Assembly (NCBI GenBank): GCA_002309295.1
Contig: DBXF01000013.1
Coordinates: 11,143 to 75,142 of the forward strand
Direction: 5' to 3'
DNA: 64,000 nucleotides
From: Bacteroidales bacterium UBA1219
Lineage (GTDB): Bacteria; Bacteroidota; Bacteroidia; Bacteroidales; P3
Program-made: the position numbers and the translations under genes
The notes under the pieces: generated by a model
What the model was told of the DNA's origin: nothing
Seen by the model: only the letters and a program-made list of their open reading frames with translations
Database searches by the model: none
Shown here: positions 26,592-36,704 of the stretch, in pieces
Position numbering within the stretch: position 1 is the stretch's first letter
How the letters are laid out: every line of letters starts with the position of its first letter

Positions 26592-26599
26592 CAAATATA
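26592..26599 (-). promoter_or_regulatory. -7 promoter box (TATATTTG on minus strand) for the ACP-led operon
   Basis: Plus strand reads CAAATATA, in the same extended context (TCGTATATTTGCA) as the serS promoter. Lies 38 nt upstream of the ACP ATG. Confidence 0.55.
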
Positions 26600-26891
26600 C
26601 GATTTTTTTTGTAAAGTGACAAATGATTTGTGATTTGTGATTAGAAAAATTTATAAAAGAGACTGATTTTGAGCAAAATAGCACTCCACTCCTCACAATT
26701 CTGTTTGTGGCTTTTTTGAAAGAGATGAAAAAGTGTCTATTGCAAAATACACTTTTGGGAGTGTTTTTGTATTATGAGGGAAACAAATTTGCACGGTTGG
26801 TTTGAAAAAAATGTACAGAAAAACGACTTTTTCTCGTTTATCTGTACAAAATTTTGAAACCATATAATAAAACAGGCTGGTGGTTTATGTT

Positions 26892-26976
26892 GCCCCTTAG
26901 GGGCGTAATGGTTGGGGGGGGGATTTACTAACCGGAGGTTATCACCTCCGGCTGTATTATTGCGCCCTTACAGGGC
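26892..26976. other. Three consecutive GC-rich hairpins with a G9 homopolymer between the first two
   Basis: GCCCCttaGGGGC (26892-26904), G9 (26914-26922), CCGGAGGTtatcACCTCCGG (26932-26951), GCCCTtacAGGGC (26964-26976). Confidence 0.8.
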
Positions 26977-27004
26977 TATAACGAAAAAATTATAAGTCAG
27001 CTAA

Positions 27005-27061
27005 CGCCGAACTAAAACTTCCGAACTCCGCATTGGCTGCGCCGAGCTAAAGGTTCCGAAT
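27005..27061 (-). repeat. Inverted-orientation members of the TTCGGAA repeat family, including an internal 21-bp direct repeat
   Basis: CGCCGARCTAAANNTTCCGAA occurs at 27005-27025 and 27041-27061. The reverse complement of 27018-27034 is AATGCGGAGTTCGGAAG. The block abuts the hemW stop. Confidence 0.8.
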
Positions 27062-27067
27062 TCCGAA

Positions 27068-28186
27068 TTAAACAAAGCTTTCCGCGGCCATGGCGTCGGC
27101 CATAAGGAGGCCTTTTTGTGTGGGACGAAAGGCAGTGCCGTCGTCGGTGAGGAGTCCGCGGAGGACGAACTGCCGGGCTTTTTCGGCAAACTGCGAGGCA
27201 AAATCGGGGAACCGCTGTTCCAACACGCTCTTTTCCACGCCTTTGGCTGTGCGCAGGGCTGTCATCACGTACTCGTTGTAGAGGTCGGCGGCGGTGAGCA
27301 CCTCGCTCTCGCTGAAAGGAGTGCCGTTTTTCACACCTTTAATATATGCAGCAATAACCGCCACGTTCCACCGCCGCTGTGTGCCACTAAAAGAGTGCGC
27401 CGCCGCCCCGAAACCCATATACCGGGTGCCGTCCCAATAACCGCTGTTGTGGCGCGAGTGGTAGCCGCTCTTGCAGAAGTTGGAAATCTCGTACTGCTCG
27501 AAATTATTTTCTTTCGCCCACTGTATCAAGGTGTTGTATTGGAAAATAACCGTTTCCTCGTCGCATGGTTGTATTTTGCCCTTTTCAACAAGTTTGGCGT
27601 AGGCGGTGCCTTGCTCCAAAGTGAGCGAGTAGCAGGAAAGATGCTGTACGTCAAGCGTTTCCACGGTGGCGAGGTTGCTCTGCCAGCTGTCGGACTGCGG
27701 TATGCCATAAATCAAATCTATGGAGATATTGTCAAAACCGCTATCCTGCGCTGTCTTCACGGCTTGCACAGCCTGCTGTGCGGTATGACGGCGGTTGAGC
27801 AGTTTCAAATCGGCATCCGAAAAGGACTGCACGCCGATGCTCAACCTATTCACGCCCAGCGTTTTAATCTCATACAAATATTCTTTGGTAAGCTGTTCGG
27901 GATTGGCCTCGAAGGTAAATTCTTCCAGTTGCGACAAATCGTAGCAACGGTGGAGTGTGTCCAGAATTTTGTAGAGTTGCGAAGGGGTGAGCAGCGAAGG
28001 CGTTCCGCCGCCAAAATACAGTGTCTTAGCATGTTCCGTCCCAAGTTCGTCCTTGCGCAGTTCCATTTCGGAGCAGAGGGCGTCCACGTAGGTGTCGATG
28101 TCGGCCTCGCTTTTCAGCGGAAGCGAGTAGAAGGCGCAGTAGAGGCATTTCTGCCGGCAAAACGGTATGTGGACGTAGATCATCAT
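27068..28186 (-). CDS. hemW: Radical SAM heme chaperone HemW (coproporphyrinogen-III-oxidase-like)
   Basis: Radical SAM CxxxCxxC (FCRQKCLYCAF) sits right after the start. Start trimmed to MMIYVHIPFC. The upstream extension to 28279 is AT-rich and non-conserved looking. Confidence 0.85.
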   Translation of the reverse strand: MMIYVHIPFCRQKCLYCAFYSLPLKSEADIDTYVDALCSEMELRKDELGTEHAKTLYFGGGTPSLLTPSQLYKILDTLHRCYDLSQLEEFTFEANPEQLTKEYLYEIKTLGVNRLSIGVQSFSDADLKLLNRRHTAQQAVQAVKTAQDSGFDNISIDLIYGIPQSDSWQSNLATVETLDVQHLSCYSLTLEQGTAYAKLVEKGKIQPCDEETVIFQYNTLIQWAKENNFEQYEISNFCKSGYHSRHNSGYWDGTRYMGFGAAAHSFSGTQRRWNVAVIAAYIKGVKNGTPFSESEVLTAADLYNEYVMTALRTAKGVEKSVLEQRFPDFASQFAEKARQFVLRGLLTDDGTAFRPTQKGLLMADAMAAESFV

Positions 28187-28380
28187 TAGGGGACAACTAA
28201 AATTACTTTTGAACACGGATGACACGAATATAACTGATTGGCACTTCACATAAACATGAATTCCCATATAATTGACCATAAATTATTTAGGAATAGTAAT
28301 TTATGGATAATTAGTGGCAATTATATGTTGAAAGAAAAACTGTCATTATCGTCTCTTTAAAGCATCTAATTATTTGTTAA

Positions 28381-30456
<2,076 letters not shown>

Positions 30457-30511
30457 TTAATTATCTCCGTTTGTTCTCGACTTCAATTTGTCATATTAAC
30501 TCAAAACACTT

Positions 30512-33500
30512 TTACTGATCCATTTTTTTCTGCAAGTCGGCTTTCTGCTTGCGGTATTTTTTCAGTTCGTCGGCGTTGCCCGGATGCGACGGGTCTTCGA
30601 GTATGTCAACCATAAGCGATGTGGCGTTGAAGTAAATCGAAGTCATCTCGTCGGGGTCGGAGGCGTTTTGGCATATCTCCATGCATTTAAGCAGGTTTTC
30701 CTTGGATTTGGCGATGTCATACATATCTTCATCCATCTTGTAAACCAAGGCCTTAGCAATGTAGTTGAGGGCTATGTCCTCTTCCACATATTCCTTATAT
30801 CCGTTTTGATACAGCGGGGTAAGCACGGCAAGCGATGTGTCGAAATGTTTGTTAGCAGTATATATGCGGTTCATGGAGTAACAAACCACTCCCATACGAC
30901 GATGGTAGTATCCGCGATTACGTTTCAGCGAGGGGTTGGTGTCCATGGTAGCGAGTTCACCGACGACGGCGGAGTAGAGTTTAAGAGCCTCTTTGTTCCA
31001 TGTGTCGGCGTTGTCGGGGTCTTGTTCGGCAAGTTTTTCGAAACATTGGGCGGTCTGGCTCTTGATATTCAGCTCGTTGAATTTACAGTCGTCGGGGGCG
31101 GTGTCGCAGTACATCTGGCGGTTGAGCTCGCTGCATTGGCGGAACTGCTCCACGGCCTGTTCTAAGGAGTCGCTCATGCGGTAGTACCGGGCCACGGCGT
31201 AGGCCAGCTTGTAGTACTGGTCGTCGGGAGTTTCGCCGTACTCCATAAGGAATTCCTTGGCTTCTTTGGCATCCTTGTAATAACGCAGGGTAGCGACGGG
31301 CACGCCAATTTTCGACCAAAGGTCGCCCAGCTCTATAGCCTCGCCGATATAAGCCTGGTAATGGTCCATGTCGGTTAATTTCACGGAGTCGAGGTATTGG
31401 TAGAATCTCGATTGGGAAATGAGGGACTGCATGAATTCGTCATTATCATCGTAATATTTTATCAGCGTGGCTTTAAGTTTCTCGTATTTTTGGCTGACCT
31501 TTGTCATGGGCTTGGTTTCGTACAGACTTTCGGCCTTTTGCAACGACTCTATCATCTTGTCTATCTTTTCCTGTTGCGCCATGGAAACCGCCTTGCTGTA
31601 GTGCAGTTCGGCCCAGTTGCCGTACAAAGTGCTGTCGCCGAGCTTTTCGGCTTTTTTGAACTCCTTGTCGGATTTGTCGAAATATTTCTTGGCTTTTTTG
31701 AAATCCTGTTGTGCCAAAAACACATCGCCTTGGAAATGGTAAGCGGCGGCCTTGCGCGCGGTGTACACGGCCTTGGCCTTTTCGGGAATGCGTTTCTCGT
31801 AGTCGAACACCTGCTGGTAGCAGTCGAAAGCCTCGTTGTAGCGTTTTTGGTTGAAAAACGCATCGCCTTTTTGCAAACGATTGGTACACAGCTCTGTAAT
31901 GGCGTATCCCGATGCATCGTCGGCGGCGGCTTTATCGTAATATCCGGCGGCTTTGTCGTAGCTCAGCATCGACTGTTTGTAAAGTTCCTCGTTGTACAGG
32001 CGCTCGGCCTCGTTGTTGTAAAATTCGGCCTTAAACATAGCGGTGTCTTCTCCGTTGCGCTTGGCCACAGCGGTTAGAATCTCCTCGGTGAAGGCATCCA
32101 CCTTGTCGGCAATAAAATCGTTGTCGGTATGGTAGCCGTGGACTTTCACGGCGCGGTTCACCCGCAGGCAATGCCCATCGAAAATAGTGGGATAATACTT
32201 GTTGCATTCGTAGTAAGTGGCTTTGTATTCGTCGAACTTTTTAAGCAGTTCGCCAGGAGCGTCGTCGGAATAGAGCGACATAGCAACTATGGTTGTCTTG
32301 GTTTTGCCGAAAATGTTGGGCATAAGAATGTATGGCATGTCGTTTTTCAGCTCCTGCTGCAGGCTGTCGATGGCAGTTATATATACGGTCAAAAGGCTGT
32401 CGTTGTCCGACGAAACTTTTTGCATTGTGTAAAGGTAGAACAACTTGCTGCTCAGCGTGGGCTCCACTTGGTATAGCTCCCTTGCTGTGCTCACCATATA
32501 ATCCTTGATTTTCGACGTCAACTCACTGGCTTCCAAATCAAAACAAGGTGTAAAGGACAAACCGAAAAGTTGATTGCGGAGGTATGTAGCTGTGTTTATG
32601 TATTCGTTTCTGTCCACTTTGCGAAACATATTGTATGCCGAGTCGAGATACTGCTCGGCTTTGGCCTGATTTTCGTCCCCCAAATATAAAATAGAAATTG
32701 CGGAATATTCCCTGGCAATTTTTTCTGCCTCGAACTTAGGCAATGACTGAGCTGCTTTCAAATCCTCAAAAGCCTGTTTTATTCCCTCTGCGTGGTCTTT
32801 TTCCGCGAACGTTTTCAAAGAATTTTGACTTAGATAATAGGGTGCCGAGGGGTCTTTGCTCTTTTTAAGTTCTGTTTGCCTTAGCTGCTCTGCTTCCTGC
32901 TCGTAGCCTTCTGCAGCAAGTGCATTATAATAGTCGTACAAAAACATTAAGTTGTTGAAACCATTGTCGTAAAGCATTTTGTAGTAATGACTTGCGGGGG
33001 TGGTGTCGTTGTTGGCGTCCCTCACTGCAAGATAATAATCAATACGCTGCAGGTTTTTGTCGCTCATGTCGCCGTCCACAATCTGGTTCCGGGCTTTTTC
33101 CACACAGCCGTCGATATCGCCTTTGAGCAGCATTGCCTCGCAATCTTTGCGCACATCTTTGTCGATAAAGCACCTCTTGAGCGGGTTAATAACGTTTGCT
33201 ATTTTACGGTAGAAATCCCGAGTGCCTTCAAATTGGTTCAATTGCAACAGTTGTCCGGCAAGTTCATCTGTTTCGTCATTAATAATGGCCATATTGGTGT
33301 ATTCACGGAACATTGGCACACCGGAGTTGCGGTAGAAATACATGCACAGCGAGTCGAAGAGGTTCTCGCGTTCGGTGTCATAACGCTTGTGGTCCACCAT
33401 ATAAATAAGTACGGAGTCCTTGGTAAGAGCGTCGGTTTTTATGTTCTTCCACGCCTTGCTGAGAAAAATGTAATTTTCCTTGCGCACTTTGCCCAAGTCC

Positions 33501-33718
33501 ATAAAGTCGCCGTATTTTAGTTTCTTGGAGTTGAACACCGCCACACCGCCGGCGTTGGTGGTGAGCGTTTGTCCGCAACATTCTATAGTTACACCCGACA
33601 GCGGTTTGCCCGTGCCGTAGTCCAAAACTTTGAAAATCTGGCGCACCTGCGCGGAGGCAACGCCGCATACCATCATGGCCAACGCCATGGAAACCAAGGT
33701 TTTTCCGAATTTATTCAT
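30512..33718 (-). CDS. Large secreted TPR-like repeat protein, function unknown
   Basis: Start trimmed to MNKFGKTLVSMALAMMVCGVASAQ (signal peptide), because the promoter box overlaps the longer ORF. The body is helical-repeat rich, with Y/A/K periodicity. Confidence 0.6.
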   Translation of the reverse strand: MNKFGKTLVSMALAMMVCGVASAQVRQIFKVLDYGTGKPLSGVTIECCGQTLTTNAGGVAVFNSKKLKYGDFMDLGKVRKENYIFLSKAWKNIKTDALTKDSVLIYMVDHKRYDTERENLFDSLCMYFYRNSGVPMFREYTNMAIINDETDELAGQLLQLNQFEGTRDFYRKIANVINPLKRCFIDKDVRKDCEAMLLKGDIDGCVEKARNQIVDGDMSDKNLQRIDYYLAVRDANNDTTPASHYYKMLYDNGFNNLMFLYDYYNALAAEGYEQEAEQLRQTELKKSKDPSAPYYLSQNSLKTFAEKDHAEGIKQAFEDLKAAQSLPKFEAEKIAREYSAISILYLGDENQAKAEQYLDSAYNMFRKVDRNEYINTATYLRNQLFGLSFTPCFDLEASELTSKIKDYMVSTARELYQVEPTLSSKLFYLYTMQKVSSDNDSLLTVYITAIDSLQQELKNDMPYILMPNIFGKTKTTIVAMSLYSDDAPGELLKKFDEYKATYYECNKYYPTIFDGHCLRVNRAVKVHGYHTDNDFIADKVDAFTEEILTAVAKRNGEDTAMFKAEFYNNEAERLYNEELYKQSMLSYDKAAGYYDKAAADDASGYAITELCTNRLQKGDAFFNQKRYNEAFDCYQQVFDYEKRIPEKAKAVYTARKAAAYHFQGDVFLAQQDFKKAKKYFDKSDKEFKKAEKLGDSTLYGNWAELHYSKAVSMAQQEKIDKMIESLQKAESLYETKPMTKVSQKYEKLKATLIKYYDDNDEFMQSLISQSRFYQYLDSVKLTDMDHYQAYIGEAIELGDLWSKIGVPVATLRYYKDAKEAKEFLMEYGETPDDQYYKLAYAVARYYRMSDSLEQAVEQFRQCSELNRQMYCDTAPDDCKFNELNIKSQTAQCFEKLAEQDPDNADTWNKEALKLYSAVVGELATMDTNPSLKRNRGYYHRRMGVVCYSMNRIYTANKHFDTSLAVLTPLYQNGYKEYVEEDIALNYIAKALVYKMDEDMYDIAKSKENLLKCMEICQNASDPDEMTSIYFNATSLMVDILEDPSHPGNADELKKYRKQKADLQKKMDQ

Positions 33719-33754
33719 AGGATATAAGTGTTTTTTTATGTGAAAAAGATTTTG

Positions 33755-33762
33755 CAAATTTA
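33755..33762 (-). promoter_or_regulatory. -7 promoter box (TAAATTTG on minus strand) for the TPR-like gene
   Basis: Plus strand reads CAAATTTA in a TCGTAAATTTGCA context. Lies 37 nt upstream of the ATG at 33718. Confidence 0.5.
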
Positions 33763-33844
33763 CGATTTTTTACAGATAAAAACAAGATGATGCATCAATT
33801 TCGACTAAAACTTTTTTTCGTTTGCATTAATTCGTTTTTTTCCG

Positions 33845-33852
33845 TATTTTTG
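33845..33852 (+). promoter_or_regulatory. -7 promoter box TATTTTTG upstream of the cstA 5' fragment
   Basis: CCGTATTTTTGCAA context. Lies 62 nt upstream of the ATG at 33914. Confidence 0.5.
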
Positions 33853-33913
33853 CAAGTCTGTTTCGCAAGGACAGAAACCATTTCAGTAACAACGTAAAAA
33901 ACACAGTATAGTC

Positions 33914-34135
33914 ATGATAACATTCATCATATCAGTAGTTTTACTTTTGTTGGGGTATTTCATATATTCCAAGATTATAGAAAAGATATTGGGCGTGGCC
34001 CCTGCAAAAGCCACTCCTGCCACCACTATGGCCGACGGTGTGGACTATGTGCCTATGAAAACGTGGCGCATTTTTCTTATCCAATTCCTGAACATCGCCG
34101 GCGTGGGACCCATTGTGGGTGCCATTATGGGAGCG
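33914..34135 (+). pseudogene. Diverged copy of the first 74 codons of cstA (gene fragment)
   Basis: Hand alignment to 34865-35086 gives about 21 mismatches in 222 nt and 71 of 74 identical residues. Homology stops abruptly at codon 75. Confidence 0.85.
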
Positions 34136-34138
34136 AAT

Positions 34139-34669
34139 ATGAGGCATGTCAAAATAATTACGATTTTAGCCATCTTGTTTGTAGTAAACACGAAAACAAT
34201 CGCTCAAACAACAGACAGACAGCTGGTTGATAAAATCGTTCAGATAAACGACATACCTTATGTCGGAAACTTCGGAGACAGTTTGTATTGGAAAATTGTG
34301 GCCGAAGGACTTGACATTGTCCCCAATTTAATTGAGTTGATTGATGATACAACGACGACAAAAGCGACTATTCCAAATTGGGGAGGATATTATTGTGTCG
34401 GAGACATTGCCTTTAGCATGATAAACGACATCATTTTTCAGATTCCCATTCTCAATTTCATCCAAACAAAAACAGACTATGTAGGGGAAAAAATATATTT
34501 CGAATTTGTACAGTATGATTTTCAAAACAGAGTCCATCTGAAAAATGAGTTATCCGATTGGTTTGTAGCCAATAATGACGGTCTCGAGTGGGTAAACAAT
34601 AAAAAAGAGTTTCTCGCCAACCATTACAATCCACCTTACATAAAAGGTCACTACGTTTTTAATAAATAA
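34139..34669 (+). CDS. Hypothetical secreted protein (177 aa), AT-rich, in frame with the cstA fragment
   Basis: Has its own Met and signal peptide (MRHVKIITILAILFVVNTKTIAQ) 3 nt after the end of cstA homology. Composition is clearly AT-richer than the flanks. Confidence 0.6.
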   Translation: MRHVKIITILAILFVVNTKTIAQTTDRQLVDKIVQINDIPYVGNFGDSLYWKIVAEGLDIVPNLIELIDDTTTTKATIPNWGGYYCVGDIAFSMINDIIFQIPILNFIQTKTDYVGEKIYFEFVQYDFQNRVHLKNELSDWFVANNDGLEWVNNKKEFLANHYNPPYIKGHYVFNK

Positions 34670-34817
34670 CAACCGAGCATTAGCCGCCAATACAAAGCCA
34701 ATAGACCGGTGGTCCTAAATTGCTGTCTGGTTAGTTGAAAACAACCTCGTCGGAGGCACAAGCCATCAATATATCAATGTCACGAAAAATATTTTTCCAA
34801 AATCCAATATTTTTTCG

Positions 34818-34825
34818 TAAATTTG
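34818..34825 (+). promoter_or_regulatory. -7 promoter box TAAATTTG for cstA
   Basis: TCGTAAATTTGCAG context. Lies 39 nt upstream of the ATG at 34865. Confidence 0.55.
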
Positions 34826-34864
34826 CAGTTTGGTATTTAACCAGACAAAAAACATAGTTAGGTT

Positions 34865-36343
34865 ATGATAACATTCATAATATCAGTAGTTTTGCTATTA
34901 TTAGGATACTTCGTGTACTCCAAAATAATAGAAAAGATATTGGGCGTGGACCCTGCAAAAGCCACTCCCGCCACCACTATGGCCGACGGTGTGGACTATG
35001 TGCCGATGAAACCGTGGCGCATTTTTCTTATCCAGTTCCTGAACATCGCCGGCGTGGGTCCCATCGTGGGAGCCATTATGGGAGCACAGTTCGGCACGGC
35101 CTCGTTTCTGTGGATAGTGTTCGGATGTATCCTGGCGGGTGCCGTGCACGATTTCATCGCCGGTTTCGTGTCGTTGCGCGACAAGGGCTGCTCCCTGCCC
35201 GAAATCCACGGCAAGTACCTCGGCAACGGCGCCAAGCAGATTATGCGCTATTTCACTGTGATACTGATGATTCTGGTGGGTGCCGTGTTTGTAAAGACTC
35301 CCTCCACCCTACTTTTCGACAATTACTCAAAAGACTGGGTCATTACTATCGGCGACATGCAAATAACTTGGCAGATATGGATCTGGCCGGTGATAATCTT
35401 CGTGTATTACATGCTTGCCACCATGCTCCCCATCGACAAGCTGATAGGCCGTATCTACCCCATTTTCGGCATCTTGCTGCTGCTTATGGCCGTGTTTGTG
35501 ATGTGCGCCTTCTTCTTCCGTCCCGAAGTGCATCTCACCGAGGTGTGGGAAGGCCTTAGCAACCAGCATCCCAAGGCCGACACCAACCCCATTTTCCCGA
35601 TGATGTTCGTAAGCATCGCCTGCGGCGCCATCTCGGGATTCCACGCCACGCAGTCGCCGCTGATGGCACGCTGCATGGTTAACGAAAAACAGGCACGTCC
35701 TATCTTCTACGGCGCCATGATAGCCGAAGGCATCGTAGCCCTTATCTGGGCCGCCGCAGCCACATATTTCTTCCACGACAAAGCCGACCTCTGCGCCGGA
35801 CAGAGCGGCGATGCCATGGTTGGCGTAATAGCCAACGAGTGGTTCACACCCGTGCTGGCCGTGGTTACCGTGCTCGGCGTTATCGCCGCCGCCATCACCT
35901 CGGGCGACACCGCTCTGCGTTCAGCACGTCTGATAGTGGCCGACATCTTCAAAATCGACCAGAAACCCATCTGGAAACGTTTCCTCGTGGCACTGCCCGT
36001 ATTCCTGCTGGCCGGAGCCATATTGGTTTACACTTTCGCCGACGCCGACGGATTCCAGACCATCTGGCGCTATTTTGCTTGGGCCAACCAGCTTCTGGCA
36101 ATGGTAACACTCTGGGCGATAACCGTTTATTTGACTATCAACAAAAAACCGTATATCATCACGCTTCTGCCCGCATTGTTTATGACAATGGTCTGCTCCA
36201 CCTTCATCATCATCTCCGACAGCGGATTCGGACTGCCGCACACACTTTCGTACATCCTCGGCGGAGCGGTAACCCTCGCCTCATGTGTGTGGTTTTTCGC
36301 ATGGAAAGCAAAAAAATCCGAGAAACTGAAGGAGAAGGTTTGA
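34865..36343 (+). CDS. cstA: Carbon starvation protein A family transporter
   Basis: 492 aa polytopic membrane protein with the CstA N-terminal signature (DYVPM...FLIQFLNIAGVGPIVGAI.GAQFG). Confidence 0.85.
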   Translation: MITFIISVVLLLLGYFVYSKIIEKILGVDPAKATPATTMADGVDYVPMKPWRIFLIQFLNIAGVGPIVGAIMGAQFGTASFLWIVFGCILAGAVHDFIAGFVSLRDKGCSLPEIHGKYLGNGAKQIMRYFTVILMILVGAVFVKTPSTLLFDNYSKDWVITIGDMQITWQIWIWPVIIFVYYMLATMLPIDKLIGRIYPIFGILLLLMAVFVMCAFFFRPEVHLTEVWEGLSNQHPKADTNPIFPMMFVSIACGAISGFHATQSPLMARCMVNEKQARPIFYGAMIAEGIVALIWAAAATYFFHDKADLCAGQSGDAMVGVIANEWFTPVLAVVTVLGVIAAAITSGDTALRSARLIVADIFKIDQKPIWKRFLVALPVFLLAGAILVYTFADADGFQTIWRYFAWANQLLAMVTLWAITVYLTINKKPYIITLLPALFMTMVCSTFIIISDSGFGLPHTLSYILGGAVTLASCVWFFAWKAKKSEKLKEKV

Positions 36344-36583
36344 AAACACATATTTTCAAGTTTCGCATTAGCGAGAAACAGGTTTTTCCATGTCGCCTCT
36401 AGCGAGAAATCTATTTTTTTTGCAAAATAAATAAAATTATGTATTTTTGCATAATTGATTTAAAATACGGGATAATAAGCAGTTGCACAATTTGCAACGA
36501 TAATGTACGCAAGTTTACAACCTTCCACGACCCAAGTCACGGAAAAGTGCAAAAAACCGCCTATTTTATGCAATAAATACTCC

Positions 36584-36618
36584 GTATTGCACAAAAAACA
36601 TACTTTTTTGTGCAATAC
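36584..36618. repeat. Perfect 15-bp inverted repeat GTATTGCACAAAAAA-catac-TTTTTTGTGCAATAC
   Basis: Direct reading. Lies 25 nt upstream of the 36643 promoter box and 240 nt downstream of cstA. Confidence 0.9.
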
Positions 36619-36642
36619 GCATCGAAAATTGAATAAAAATCG

Positions 36643-36650
36643 TATCTTTG
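36643..36650 (+). promoter_or_regulatory. -7 promoter box TATCTTTG for the 36705 gene
   Basis: TCGTATCTTTGCAG, identical over 14 nt to the box context at 37837-37850. Confidence 0.5.
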
Positions 36651-36704
36651 CAGCGTGAAAATAGCCATTTTCAACAATAAAGTTATGAACTCAACAATAA
36701 CGTT

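Noticed and set aside
26725-26805. 26-codon ORF (MKKCLLQNTLLGVFLYYEGNKFARLV) in the hemW/ACP spacer
   Set aside because: There is no promoter box in the correct orientation and no conservation evidence available. Its length is within chance expectation for AT-rich spacer.
28187-28279. Longer N-terminal extension of hemW (start at 28279)
   Set aside because: The extension is AT-rich and Cys/Phe-rich, with no homology-like features. The radical SAM motif normally lies within about 10 residues of the start, as it does from the ATG at 28186.
33914-34669. The tracked 251-aa ORF as one genuine protein
   Set aside because: Residues 1-74 are a cstA fragment (two TM helices). They are followed immediately by a new Met and a signal peptide. 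A fragment plus an independent 177-aa ORF is more parsimonious, although read-through translation cannot be excluded.
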